64,000 nucleotides of DNA from Armatimonadota bacterium (GCA_963677485.1 OY781964.1:4160001-4224000), one strand, 5' to 3'. Shown: positions 10,278 to 20,522, counted from the stretch's first letter. Numbers and translations are program-made. Notes: generated by a model not told the origin, from the letters alone.

Positions 10278-12914
10278 ATGAGCGAGATTGATAACGTACA
10301 GAACCTGTATTCGCATCGAGAGGAGCATGAAGCCTCCTCTTCAACCAGTTTTTCGGAGCTGGCCAGGGAGTTACGCGAATACGACGGTATCGTGGTCGGA
10401 GTGCTATGTGACCCGGTCTATGCAGACCATGAGACCCCATCGGAGCTTCGGTTCGAGCACATCGCCGCGAGTTGGGGGAGTTATCCGGGAGTGCGTGTGG
10501 TTGCGCTGGACGCGAACCAAATCCGTTCATACGAAATACTGTTCAATGGGAAGATGGATATCCTGGTGTTCCCATATGGCGGGGTCTACCCGATGGATGC
10601 TTTTGGGCTCTATTCTGGACTGACGTTCCAGCAGTATCTCAAACGGGGTGGTGCGGTGTTGACCACCGGCGGGATACCCTTCTCAAAGCAGGCGAGTCCG
10701 TTCGGACAGTTCATCGACACCAGTAGCACACAAGCGAAGCAAGACGTCTTCGATAAATGGATCGCGAAATTCGGTGTTAAGTATTACGAGCCACGAGTGG
10801 CTCCAATGCAAGAGCGGGTTGACAGTACATTCCTACCGGGAATGCCTGCAGCAAATGCCTGGGAGCCAGCACGTTCGGGATTGGTGGTAGTCAACAGCTC
10901 GCATGACCCAGAACCAAAACCTCCACACGGCAATGTGTTCCCGGAACGGTATCCAGCCCGGCAGATCATCCCGTTGATGACCGGCTTTGACTCTTTCGGT
11001 CAGCAGGTCTGCACCTCTGCGATCCTCTCGCAGGATTTCGAGGATGGCAGCAGGCGCATCCATTTCACCCACGAGTCCGATGCCCATCCGCTGTCGCCGG
11101 ACAGCCCGCATTTTGACGCCCTCATGCGCGATCTGTTCAGGTTGTTAGCCAACCGCATTGTGGTGCGTGAGATCGAAACGGAGTATGCATGCTACCATCC
11201 GGGTGAGGCGGTGCGGATTCGTGCAGAGCTGGTCGGCTTCGAGCCGCACCCGGTCGAGGTACGGTTGAGCGTCAAGCTGCTTGATTCAACAGGCCATATG
11301 GTCATGCAGTGGAGTGAAGATGCGGTCATTCCGCTGGCTGACGTTCTCAACCTGGAGTGGGTATGGCAGCCTGAAGGGTTCGCAGATGACGAATACACAG
11401 TGCAGATCGATGTGATTCGCGATGGCCAGAGTGTGTCGCGGGCAAGCAATGGTTTTGTGGTCAGGAACGAAGAAGTGGTCAGCAAGGGCCCCGCGATCGG
11501 CATCTCAAAAGGGTATTTCACGATCAATGGGCGTGGAGCCTTTATCACTGGCACCAACTACTACGAATCGACCCGCGGCGAGGCGATGTGGTACCGCCCT
11601 GATGTGGCGCGGTTGATACATGACCATCGCTCAATGCACGCCTGCGGTGTGAACATGATCCGGCCTCATTACCACCATCTGAAGTGGTTCAAGGACTATT
11701 TGCTGCATCACCACGGACGGCTTTTCTCGTTCTACAAGTCGTTGGAGAGCCTGGAGAACGCCATGCCCGATGAGCGGGTGTGGCGTATCTGGGAGCTGTT
11801 CATCGGCCTTGGGCAGAAATACGGCATCGTGTATAACGGTGACCTATTTACCCTGGTGCCGGAGGAACTGGGCGACCCGAGGGGCTGGTTCGGCACCACT
11901 GAGGCGGTTTATGACCATGCCAAGCGTCCCGCCCAGAATCAGTTCCTGCTGGAGCTGGATCGTCGCTTCCGCAATGTACCAGGCATCAGCTGGGACCTGT
12001 TCAACGAGCCATACCAGGTGACCGATGAAGCGGTGGCCGACTGGGCTGAGTTTCTGGGGAGTGCGTTACACAACGACGGCTCATCGCGACTGTTGACCGT
12101 CGGCGGTCCGATGCATCTGCCGGCTGGGGTCGACTACGACTGTCCGCATGGCGGGATATCAGACGACTTCAAGCCGCCATCGGAGCGGCCCGTTCTGCTG
12201 CAGGAAGCGCATTTCGACAGGCCAGAGCAGTTGTCTGACGAACTGGCTCAAGCGGAGGCGTTTCGGCGGATGGTGGTGAGTTGCGTGCGGAATGGCGTGG
12301 CGGGCTGGTGCCCGTGGTCATGGACACGCCAGATGCGGTTGTGGCAGGACGTCTACCAGCACCACCACAGCTTCCCGATGGAGAAGTGGGATGACCGGCT
12401 GGGGATGCACACCCATGAGGATGGCACCCTGAAACCAGCCGGGCAGGTATTTAAAGACATCGCGATGCTGATGAGATCGGTGGAGCCGCAGAGGTATGAC
12501 GGGGATACGCTGACAGTCGTGACCTCACGCGGAACTCTGCGTGCTCGTTTGGACAAGGATACCTGCCAACCGAGCCAGCAGATCATACATTCCCATGGCG
12601 ATCAGTGCCTGGGCGGTATGGCGATGGGTGCGCTCACCCATGCAGGGCGGAACTGGCTGACCGGGCCTGATTCATCGTATTTGTATGCCTTCACGAATAC
12701 CGGCGATCTGACAAGCAGCGAGGAGCTGTTCATCAAAAGCGAACAGCCGGGTACGATCTGCTTCGACCGCCCCGGCTGTGTTTCTATTGATTTGGTCGAC
12801 CTCGCCCCTGATGCAAGACAACTGACCGTGGTTTCCTTGCAGACAAAGGCTCAGGCGACCGTGATCAACGTCTCGCCTGAAATGACTCGCTACTGGCTGC
12901 GGTTGCGGTTTTGA
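10278..12914 (+). CDS. Putative clan GH-A glycoside hydrolase (GH5/GH2/GH42-like) with N-terminal GATase-like and Ig-like domains
   Basis: G.NYY, GVNMIR, WDLFNEP (acid/base), VLLQE (nucleophile), GWCPW, DGTLKPAG; N-terminal YLKRGGAVLTTGG. Confidence 0.6.
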   Translation: MSEIDNVQNLYSHREEHEASSSTSFSELARELREYDGIVVGVLCDPVYADHETPSELRFEHIAASWGSYPGVRVVALDANQIRSYEILFNGKMDILVFPYGGVYPMDAFGLYSGLTFQQYLKRGGAVLTTGGIPFSKQASPFGQFIDTSSTQAKQDVFDKWIAKFGVKYYEPRVAPMQERVDSTFLPGMPAANAWEPARSGLVVVNSSHDPEPKPPHGNVFPERYPARQIIPLMTGFDSFGQQVCTSAILSQDFEDGSRRIHFTHESDAHPLSPDSPHFDALMRDLFRLLANRIVVREIETEYACYHPGEAVRIRAELVGFEPHPVEVRLSVKLLDSTGHMVMQWSEDAVIPLADVLNLEWVWQPEGFADDEYTVQIDVIRDGQSVSRASNGFVVRNEEVVSKGPAIGISKGYFTINGRGAFITGTNYYESTRGEAMWYRPDVARLIHDHRSMHACGVNMIRPHYHHLKWFKDYLLHHHGRLFSFYKSLESLENAMPDERVWRIWELFIGLGQKYGIVYNGDLFTLVPEELGDPRGWFGTTEAVYDHAKRPAQNQFLLELDRRFRNVPGISWDLFNEPYQVTDEAVADWAEFLGSALHNDGSSRLLTVGGPMHLPAGVDYDCPHGGISDDFKPPSERPVLLQEAHFDRPEQLSDELAQAEAFRRMVVSCVRNGVAGWCPWSWTRQMRLWQDVYQHHHSFPMEKWDDRLGMHTHEDGTLKPAGQVFKDIAMLMRSVEPQRYDGDTLTVVTSRGTLRARLDKDTCQPSQQIIHSHGDQCLGGMAMGALTHAGRNWLTGPDSSYLYAFTNTGDLTSSEELFIKSEQPGTICFDRPGCVSIDLVDLAPDARQLTVVSLQTKAQATVINVSPEMTRYWLRLRF

Positions 12915-12954
12915 TAGTGACCACACCCTAAGCATCGCAGGCAGTAAGGCTGTT

Positions 12955-13563
12955 TTAGCTGGTGGAACTTGACTTTCGGCCGAGTGCCAAATAAAACTCG
13001 GGTTCGTCCGTGACCGCAATGTCGCTAAATCCAGCCTGTGTGAGCATCGTACGAATGGTGTCTGCATCCGGAACCTGGTCCTCGGCGACTACTGGACCAG
13101 CTTCGCGATGCACCTTGTTGACAGCCTCCCGGCCGGTGGGGTGTGAGATCACAATCAGACCACCCGGTTTCAGCATAACGAGTATGCGTGATAGTACCTT
13201 GGGCTTGTCGCAGAAGTGAGGGAAAACCGCGTTGCAGATCACTCTATCGTAATACACCTCACCACAATCATATTCCTCAATGTCTGCAAGTAGCAGTTGG
13301 ACATTCCCAGGAAGCCCCTTGGATTGGGCGACTCGGAGCATGCCGGGCGAGATATCTATGGCGATGATGCTTCCTTCGCCGTTCATGGACTGAAGCAGGC
13401 ACGGTATCATCACACCAGTCCCAGTCCCCACATCAAGGATGGTCATTCCGGGTGTGATGCCGGCTTCGGCCACGACACGCGCCAATAACTGGCAGATGTC
13501 ATCTCGCTCCATGCTATCCCATCTATCGGCATAAGAATCGAAAAATTCAACTTGATTGTTCAT
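12955..13563 (-). CDS. Class I SAM-dependent methyltransferase
   Basis: ILDVGTGTG, AIDISPGML, LKPGG; overlaps the end of the permease gene. Confidence 0.9.
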   Translation of the reverse strand: MNNQVEFFDSYADRWDSMERDDICQLLARVVAEAGITPGMTILDVGTGTGVMIPCLLQSMNGEGSIIAIDISPGMLRVAQSKGLPGNVQLLLADIEEYDCGEVYYDRVICNAVFPHFCDKPKVLSRILVMLKPGGLIVISHPTGREAVNKVHREAGPVVAEDQVPDADTIRTMLTQAGFSDIAVTDEPEFYLALGRKSSSTS

Positions 13564-14395
13564 GATGTACCTTTGTTGGCTGTTGTTTGGTTGTGCGTCT
13601 TTTAGGCGAAAAGGTGTTCGCTATAATGAAGAGAACACAAGACACGAGGATGATGAGGGCTCCTGTGGGCAGGTTGAAGTGCCAGGAGAGCGCCAGCCCT
13701 ATCCAACCCGAGGCGACCCCAAACACCGCTGCGATGATAAACATCTTCCTTAGGCTGTAGGTTAGCTGGTAGGCCGCTGCGGCAGGGTTGACGATCAGGC
13801 TGAACACCAGCAACCCGCCGATGGCATTCAGGGACGCTGTCGTGGTCAGTCCGCTCAGAATCAAAATGCCGTAGAAGATACCGGTTGCCGGTAACCCTAA
13901 AGACTTCGCCAAATCCCTGTTGAAGATGACGGTTTGAATCTCTTTGAAGAACAGAAATATGACCAGTCCAGCTCCCATGGCGATCGCCGCGAGCAGATAG
14001 AGGTTGGCAGTATTGACGGTGAGCACACTGCCCCAAAGCAGACTCAGCGCCTCCGTTTTGGGCCCTGGTATCAGCGAGAGCAGCAGGAATGATACCCCCA
14101 TGGCCGATGAAAAGACGATGCCGATGGCTGTGTCAGGCGAAAAATCACCGCGATCCGCTAACGGCCCAAGAGCGCCCGCAGCGACCAGACTCATCAAAAT
14201 GGCACACCACATCGGGTTCACACCCAGAACCAGCCCCAGCAGAGCCCCGGCAAATGCCGCATGGCTCATGCACACACCCAGGAATGAAATCCGCATGGTG
14301 ACAACCATGACACCGATCAACGAGCACGCGATACCCGCACAAAGCGTGGCCAGCAGTGCTCGCTGCAGGAATGGGTCTTGAAGGATGTCAAACAT
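13547..14395 (-). CDS. Metal (Zn/Mn) ABC transporter permease, ZnuB-like
   Basis: FLQRALLA, MSHAAFAG, DTAIGIVFS, LLWGSVL, GGLLVFSLIVNPAAAA, PTGALII. Start adjusted to 14395. Confidence 0.92.
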   Translation of the reverse strand: MFDILQDPFLQRALLATLCAGIACSLIGVMVVTMRISFLGVCMSHAAFAGALLGLVLGVNPMWCAILMSLVAAGALGPLADRGDFSPDTAIGIVFSSAMGVSFLLLSLIPGPKTEALSLLWGSVLTVNTANLYLLAAIAMGAGLVIFLFFKEIQTVIFNRDLAKSLGLPATGIFYGILILSGLTTTASLNAIGGLLVFSLIVNPAAAAYQLTYSLRKMFIIAAVFGVASGWIGLALSWHFNLPTGALIILVSCVLFIIANTFSPKRRTTKQQPTKVHHEQSS

Positions 14396-15089
14396 CAGCA
14401 AACACCCCAGACGACACGACATCGGTCACACGCCCGCTCTTCATCATCACGATCGTCTCGCAGATGCCGGAAAGCATATCGGCGTCATGTGACACCACAA
14501 TGGTCGTCAGACCCATCTCGGAATGCACTGTCCTGACGATCTCCCTTACTCTTTGCTGTGACTCGGTGTCCAGAAATGTGGTGGGTTCATCAAGCAGCAG
14601 TAGCTCTAGCTCTTGAGCGAGGGCTCGGGCGAGGTGGATACGCTGCTGCTCACCACCCGACAACTGCCCAAATGGCCGTTCCGCAAGGTGTTGAGCATCG
14701 ACGCGGCGCAGTGCCTCATCGACCTTCTCTATGTCCATAGGTTTCGGACGATGGAATAGCCCCAGCCTTCCATATCTGCCCATCATCACCACCTCACCGG
14801 CGGAGACGGGCATGCGAGGGTCGACATTAGACGTCTGAAATACACAAGCCGTCCGACGGCGGATATCTCTGTAGTTAGGCACCACAAGCTCAAGCCCCAG
14901 GATGCTGGCTGTCCCTGAACTGATCGTCAACAGTCCTTGAATCACCCGAAGAATGGTGGTTTTCCCAGAACCGTTTGGTCCCGAGATACCCACAATGCTA
15001 CCCGTAGGGATATCAAGAGTGATGTTTCTGAGGATGATGTGATCTTGATAGCCCGCATCAACTCCATTTAGTTTCACAGAACAGCTCAA
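14388..15089 (-). CDS. Metal ABC transporter ATP-binding protein, ZnuC-like
   Basis: GPNGSGKTT, LSGGEQQR, LLLDEP, VSHD, VVMMGRYG. Confidence 0.92.
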   Translation of the reverse strand: MSCSVKLNGVDAGYQDHIILRNITLDIPTGSIVGISGPNGSGKTTILRVIQGLLTISSGTASILGLELVVPNYRDIRRRTACVFQTSNVDPRMPVSAGEVVMMGRYGRLGLFHRPKPMDIEKVDEALRRVDAQHLAERPFGQLSGGEQQRIHLARALAQELELLLLDEPTTFLDTESQQRVREIVRTVHSEMGLTTIVVSHDADMLSGICETIVMMKSGRVTDVVSSGVFADV

Positions 15090-15222
15090 CCTGCGTTACC
15101 TCCAATAAAAGGTCGATCTATCTTTCGGCGGGCGGATATCTGACTTGGCGGTTCCGTCACCATCCAAATGGTATCGGCTGGAACGATCATGAGCTTTAAC
15201 CTGATGGCTGTAGGCTGTGGCA

Positions 15223-16083
15223 TCATTTGCGGGATATGCCTTTAATTACCCGCGACACGTTGTCTGTGAGACATTCGCTCCATTTGCTGGTGCCCGAATA
15301 CCCGCCTGGGAAATTGGATAACGCAACCTGCGCGGCACCAATGTCCTTAGCGATCTCTTTGCCTGCAGTGGGACTGCTTTGCAGATTGTCGATGCACAAC
15401 TTGACGTGGTTTTTTCGGCCGATCTTAGTGAGCTGATGTAACAGGGCGGGTGTGAACTCCTCGGCCCTGGCATAGGTGCCCACCACGACGCAGCCCATCC
15501 ACATGGCGAACTCCACCTGTTGGTCTGAGCAGAGTATCCGGTTTCCCGGTACACCCGATTTCTTCAGCCTGGCCTTCAATACCGTGCTTAAAGCCTGATA
15601 TTTCCGACTCTGGCTGGCAAATGATTTGCGATAATCGGCAGCATGCGATGGATCCATGGCACAGAGTTCGTTGGTGACCAGTTTCAATGCGCCGATATAG
15701 ACAGTAGGGATCATCCAGTTTCCGGATGTCTTGATGGCGACGAGTTTGGGTTTGCGGGAACCAAGCGAACTCATGATTTTCGGCACAAACTCCTCATACC
15801 CATGCGTAAACACCGCTTTTGATGTAGAAAGGGTGTGCAAGTCTCTTGGCGAGATATCAAAATGTCCAGGGCAACTGCCTGGCGCGACCAGGGTGGTCAC
15901 CTTGACATGGGAGCCGCCCACATCCTGCACTGCACACTGCAACAGCGAAGTGGTGGTGACTATTGGCATGGGTGCTGTCGATGTGCGGGCATAGAGCGCT
16001 GTTGTCATCATCAACAACAGCACGATAACCGCAATCCCTCTCGTTGTTTTTGAGTCGATTAGGTTCAACTTCTCGTGATTCAA
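15223..16083 (-). CDS. Metal ABC transporter substrate-binding protein, ZnuA-like (non-lipoprotein)
   Basis: IVTTTSLL...VGG..V.V..LV.PGSCPGHFDISP, DPSHAADY; signal peptide. Confidence 0.85.
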   Translation of the reverse strand: MNHEKLNLIDSKTTRGIAVIVLLLMMTTALYARTSTAPMPIVTTTSLLQCAVQDVGGSHVKVTTLVAPGSCPGHFDISPRDLHTLSTSKAVFTHGYEEFVPKIMSSLGSRKPKLVAIKTSGNWMIPTVYIGALKLVTNELCAMDPSHAADYRKSFASQSRKYQALSTVLKARLKKSGVPGNRILCSDQQVEFAMWMGCVVVGTYARAEEFTPALLHQLTKIGRKNHVKLCIDNLQSSPTAGKEIAKDIGAAQVALSNFPGGYSGTSKWSECLTDNVSRVIKGISRK

Positions 16084-16151
16084 TTCGCGTAATCCCTTCA
16101 GAATCAGATTGGCCTGTGACTGTTGCAGTCAGTGACTGTCACAGACAGTGT

Positions 16152-16754
16152 TTACGGTGAAGACTTCCCGTCGTGAATTCGCACGATAATGCCATTTGGA
16201 TCGTACGGGTACCAGTGGTTTTTGGCCATGGGGAGCATCCATTGGTCAGCCGTGAATACATCAACCTGTTTACCTGGCCCCTGGCTCCATGCTACCCACT
16301 TTACAGGGCTTGTCAGCGGGTCAAAAAAGAGCTGCATCTCTTTGGTGCTTTCTGGGTAGTCCTCTGGCGCCCATAAGCCAAGGTAGGTCTTGACCCCGTT
16401 TGACCAGCCCAGGCCTGGGGCTGAGTATTTATATGCGTGACCAGGGCTGAACGGGTCGGCAAACTTCTTGATGGATATATACCCTGAGGAATGAAGCTCG
16501 GGGGGAAGCTCATTGAAATCCTCCAGTTTATCGGACATCCCATGGCAAAACGTGCGTGCCATGGGAAATGCTTCGTAGTCGTCATAATACATCTGCAGCG
16601 CGAAGCCGATTTGCCGAAGGTCACTGTGCACACGGGTGATGAGGGCCTTCTGCTTTGCTGCCGCGAAAACGGGGAATAGCAGTGCTGCCAGTATAGCTAT
16701 GATGGCGATGACTACCAATAGCTCGATAATTGTGAAGGCCCTGCATCTCATCAT
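16152..16754 (-). CDS. Prepilin-type N-terminal cleavage/methylation protein (DUF1559 / T2SS pseudopilin-like)
   Basis: RAFTIIELLVVIAIIAILAALLFPVFAAAK...SDLRQIG.ALQMY..DY, DPF, W..WS.GP, YDPNG. Confidence 0.88.
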   Translation of the reverse strand: MMRCRAFTIIELLVVIAIIAILAALLFPVFAAAKQKALITRVHSDLRQIGFALQMYYDDYEAFPMARTFCHGMSDKLEDFNELPPELHSSGYISIKKFADPFSPGHAYKYSAPGLGWSNGVKTYLGLWAPEDYPESTKEMQLFFDPLTSPVKWVAWSQGPGKQVDVFTADQWMLPMAKNHWYPYDPNGIIVRIHDGKSSP

Positions 16755-16757
16755 ATT

Positions 16758-18203
16758 CTACAGATCCGCCTGTGCTCCGAAGTTGGTGTCCAGCACAACA
16801 TAGTCGAACAGGTTGACCATTCCATCACCGTTGACGTCACTGTTCACATCGCTATGCCCGAAATTGATATCTAGTTGGACATAGTCGAAGAGGTTGATCT
16901 GTCCGTTGCCATCAGCGTCACCCGGTACCAGCGTGATGGTCAGGTTCTGAGAGCCGCCAGCGGGGGTGATCTGAAGGGTTCGCTTCAGGAATGGGCGAGC
17001 GGTGAGCTCTACCTTCAATTCAGCCTGCGGAACTGTGCCGAGAGGTATGGCACCATCGGACAGGCTGACTGCGGTGTAGTTATCAAACAACCCATCAGGC
17101 CCGCTGAGTGTTACATTGAAGCTGCGATCCGCTTTTGAACCTAACCAGCTACTTATGGAAGGGTCAAGCACCAGGGAGGTCAGCGGGTTTGGCTGCTGCA
17201 CCACGTTGGCACTCAGTTTGCTGTCAGTGACGGTTCCCATAACCCCAAGATAGCTGCCCACTGCAGGACGGCGGTCGGACAGCACTTCCAGCTCGCCAGA
17301 GGCGTCAACAAGAACAAAACCGGTGGCTGTGGTCCTTGCGACCCTCTTATTGACGATACATACTGGCGATTGGCTGGAGTTGGCGGCTTCCTGGCAGGTG
17401 TCGAGTGACTCTGCGACAAAGGAGGGTGATTTCACCCACAATCGGTAGGTGTCAATGAACGGAGACTGCAGGTCCTCCTGGTCGAAAATGGCCGCGACTG
17501 CGAATTTGGAATAACTGGGTGCTGTTGTTCCGAAGGCTCCCTGGGAGGCCAGATATAGATTGATCTCGCCCGTTGCGTCCTTGACAGGGATGGTGCCATC
17601 TGGCTTCCATGTGATTGATCCACCCTGAGGCGGGTTAAATTCGAGGCCGTGAAGCATGACCCATCGTCCTTGATATCGCTCGCCTCCGGTGGCGCGTGTG
17701 ACATCGAAGCTGTTGCATGATCCCACGCTGGGGATCAACTGGGCGTCAGGCATGCCTGGGTGGTCGACAATTTGAACTGTAAATCTCATCACAGGGGCCG
17801 AGGAGTGGCGGTCGTTGATAAGCACTTTTCCGCGGTTGTCCGCCAGAAAACCGGTGATGCGAAGACGGTCACCTGCAGCAAACGGAATGTATTCGGCAGG
17901 ACGCCACAGATTGCCGTAATAGAATTTGCCGGACCATGCCTGGATTCCGCCTTTATCTGAGGTGGTGTCCTGGAGGAAGGCCGTATACATTACACTGGGG
18001 TCGAGTAGTTCGTTCCATCCGGCCAACGCGACGCCTTCTACGGTGACACGGTTGGATTCCACGGGGTCGGCATTGACTAGAGCATACGCGCCAGTGCCAT
18101 CAGCCTTTGGTGCCTGTGTGTCCCATATAGGAGCATTGGCCATAGCGTGGACAGAGATCACTGCCAGTAAGGAAGTGAAGACGGGTGATACCAATCGATT
18201 CAT
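16758..18203 (-). CDS. Secreted protein with OB-fold-like segments and C-terminal dockerin-like double EF-hand tail
   Basis: Signal peptide; FLQD...GGI, GDRLRITG, GERYQGRWV.L; tail GDADGNGQINLFDY..LD.NFG...DVNGDGMVNLFDY..LD.NFG. Start at 18203 (AAGGGGG RBS). Confidence 0.75.
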   Translation of the reverse strand: MNRLVSPVFTSLLAVISVHAMANAPIWDTQAPKADGTGAYALVNADPVESNRVTVEGVALAGWNELLDPSVMYTAFLQDTTSDKGGIQAWSGKFYYGNLWRPAEYIPFAAGDRLRITGFLADNRGKVLINDRHSSAPVMRFTVQIVDHPGMPDAQLIPSVGSCNSFDVTRATGGERYQGRWVMLHGLEFNPPQGGSITWKPDGTIPVKDATGEINLYLASQGAFGTTAPSYSKFAVAAIFDQEDLQSPFIDTYRLWVKSPSFVAESLDTCQEAANSSQSPVCIVNKRVARTTATGFVLVDASGELEVLSDRRPAVGSYLGVMGTVTDSKLSANVVQQPNPLTSLVLDPSISSWLGSKADRSFNVTLSGPDGLFDNYTAVSLSDGAIPLGTVPQAELKVELTARPFLKRTLQITPAGGSQNLTITLVPGDADGNGQINLFDYVQLDINFGHSDVNSDVNGDGMVNLFDYVVLDTNFGAQADL

Positions 18204-18307
18204 CAGGTCCCCCTTGAGTAACAATTTCAATATCCGCAATATGAGCGGTAGTTAATCTAATTTAGTTGTGTGTATGAGATGCTGATCTTCTGCACCCTTA
18301 CCTATAG

Positions 18308-18360
18308 TCGCAGCTCTTACGTGCCACGATCTACTATATCGTAGCACGTTAGAGCCGCGA
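18308..18360 (-). promoter_or_regulatory. Long imperfect hairpin upstream of the dockerin-pilin-Znu operon
   Basis: 23-bp arms; on the minus strand two of the three mismatches are G-U wobbles. Confidence 0.5.
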
Positions 18361-18536
18361 TGACAATGTGGCTTATGGTAAAGAGGTATCACTCTTTGGG
18401 GATATTGTGATGACGGCCGAGTTGCACATGAGGATGAAGGGGCTGGCTGATCTGTAACATCGCACCTAGATTAGACGCAATGTATCATGCCATGGCGCAC
18501 CTGTGGTGATGTGCCATGGCATTGCGGTTTTGACGA

Positions 18537-20492
18537 TCAGCTCTGGAACACCTTGCTGATAGCCAGCGCCGCCGGTTTCGGTCGGCACTCGTAGTCGATC
18601 ACCGAGGTGTTGGCCGCGCAGGGGAAACAGTCGTGGCCCATCCAGATGATCACGCCGCCGCATTTCGGGAACCTGCTCTTGCAGGCCTTCACGGCGATCT
18701 CCAGGGCCTGGCTTTGCCTCTGCTGACTCCACTGCACGTATTCGGCGGGGGAGATGGGCTCACAGCCGTTGTCTTTCACCACGTTGTCGTAGTCAATCCA
18801 CCAGCAGATCGGCCGCCGCCACAATGGGTTGCTGGTGTTGACGGGCATGATCTCGCACTCACCGCGGTAACGCTCTAGGATGTCGAGGGAGCTGGCTCCG
18901 GAGCAACCCGTCTCTGAACGGAACAGCGCATCGTCCTTGGCCCAGTAGTCTGCCCACTCGGCCAGGGACTCATCGGCCATGCCGAAGCCGCCTGGCTTCC
19001 ATGGGCCATGGACATCCCAGTTCACCCCCTGACCGAACTCTGACTTATCCGCGGTGGACCTTGGACCGCTGCCAGAAGCCACCACGAACCTCCGTGACCT
19101 GTCCTTCTGCTTGCACACCTTGGCCAGTGCTTTGATCATGGGGTGCTCAACGGTGACGGGCACGTTGTTGCTGTCGTAGAGCTCATTCCCACCGCTCCAG
19201 ATCACAAGGGAGGCGTGGTGGCCTCGGCGTGCGATATATGATTTGGCTACCTTCACCATCTCGCTGATGAACTGCTCGTCCTCTGGTGGGTAATTGTCGA
19301 TGCCTGACGAGGAGAGCGGGAACTCCTGCCAGACCATGATCCCCAGCTCATCGCAGATATCGTAGAAGCACTCTTTTTCCAGCACCCCGCCGCCCCACAC
19401 GCGCAGCAGGTTGAAACCCAGCTCCTTGTATAAATCCAGATGCTGCCGATATTGCTCCTCGGTGACATCCGCGAAGTTGGGTCTGATGGGAACCCAGTTG
19501 GCTCCCTGTATGAATACTGAATATTCGTTGCACTTCAACAGCCATGGGTCTGCTTGTCGTGGCGCACCTTCACAAGGCCTCCAGTGGATTTCGCGTATGG
19601 CCACCCTCTTGATCAGCTCATCGACGACGTCACCATCGTCATCAAGCAGAGATAACCGCGCGTGATATAACGGCTGTTCGCCATACTGATGTGGGTACCA
19701 ACGCTCAAGACCATTAAGGTAGGTCATGTAGATTACAAAGTCGTCTAGCCAATCTGCGGACACCTCTTGGCTATAAAGAACGCAGCCATTTTGTTCTACT
19801 GATACTCGCAACGAATAGTCGTCCGGACACTTCGCTTTGCCTCTGACTGTAAGGCATTGGCCGTCATCTTCGCTGTAAAACGCCTCAAAAGAAGCCTTGG
19901 ATATCTCTACTCCATCGGTTTCCACGAATTCAATGGTGTCCCATACGCCTGTTTGGACCAGACGAACCGTCCAGTCCCAGGTGTAGTTGAACCGCACCTT
20001 CCAATCGGTCATCTTAGAGGTGTATCCGAACTGACCCAGCCATCGGGGAGGGCAATCGAACACAATCTGTAGGATGTTACCTTTCGGCTGCATCTCGCAG
20101 GACAGATCGATGACATGAGGGATGTGAGAACCGTTGAAGGATTTAACCTCCACGCCATTCAGCAGCACCCAGCCCGAACCATCGAGCCCCTGGCAGTCCA
20201 ACCGGTACTTCAGCTTTTTGGCCAGCCATTCATCTGGGATGGTCGCCTGATACACCCAGTGCAGGTTCTCCACCCATTGGCATGCGCGGTAGTTGAGCCC
20301 GACATTCCAGTCGGGCAGCAGGCCAGCCTGCAGCAGAGCCATTTGCACAGAGCCTGGCACTTTGGCGGGGATCGCTGTGATCTCTGCCGACTGTGATGTA
20401 TTGGCCTCGATGGGGTTGCCCAGCTTCCATAGATAGGGCAGCCAGCCAGTAAGGCTCCAGTCGAGTTGAGACAGATTGTATGCAGTTTTCAT
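18537..20492 (-). CDS. Glycoside hydrolase family 2, beta-mannosidase-like
   Basis: IPAKVPGSV, GLD, WDW, TGVWD, F.QGANWVP, NLLRVWGGG, DELGIMVWQEF, HASLVIWSGGNE, F.SE.G. Confidence 0.9.
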   Translation of the reverse strand: MKTAYNLSQLDWSLTGWLPYLWKLGNPIEANTSQSAEITAIPAKVPGSVQMALLQAGLLPDWNVGLNYRACQWVENLHWVYQATIPDEWLAKKLKYRLDCQGLDGSGWVLLNGVEVKSFNGSHIPHVIDLSCEMQPKGNILQIVFDCPPRWLGQFGYTSKMTDWKVRFNYTWDWTVRLVQTGVWDTIEFVETDGVEISKASFEAFYSEDDGQCLTVRGKAKCPDDYSLRVSVEQNGCVLYSQEVSADWLDDFVIYMTYLNGLERWYPHQYGEQPLYHARLSLLDDDGDVVDELIKRVAIREIHWRPCEGAPRQADPWLLKCNEYSVFIQGANWVPIRPNFADVTEEQYRQHLDLYKELGFNLLRVWGGGVLEKECFYDICDELGIMVWQEFPLSSSGIDNYPPEDEQFISEMVKVAKSYIARRGHHASLVIWSGGNELYDSNNVPVTVEHPMIKALAKVCKQKDRSRRFVVASGSGPRSTADKSEFGQGVNWDVHGPWKPGGFGMADESLAEWADYWAKDDALFRSETGCSGASSLDILERYRGECEIMPVNTSNPLWRRPICWWIDYDNVVKDNGCEPISPAEYVQWSQQRQSQALEIAVKACKSRFPKCGGVIIWMGHDCFPCAANTSVIDYECRPKPAALAISKVFQS

Positions 20493-20522
20493 GAGTTCTC
20501 CTGTATTTATATCGGCTGCTTA

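Noticed and set aside
7723-10530. 358-aa and 309-aa antisense ORFs
   Set aside because: Shadows of the GH9 gene in GC-rich coding sequence.
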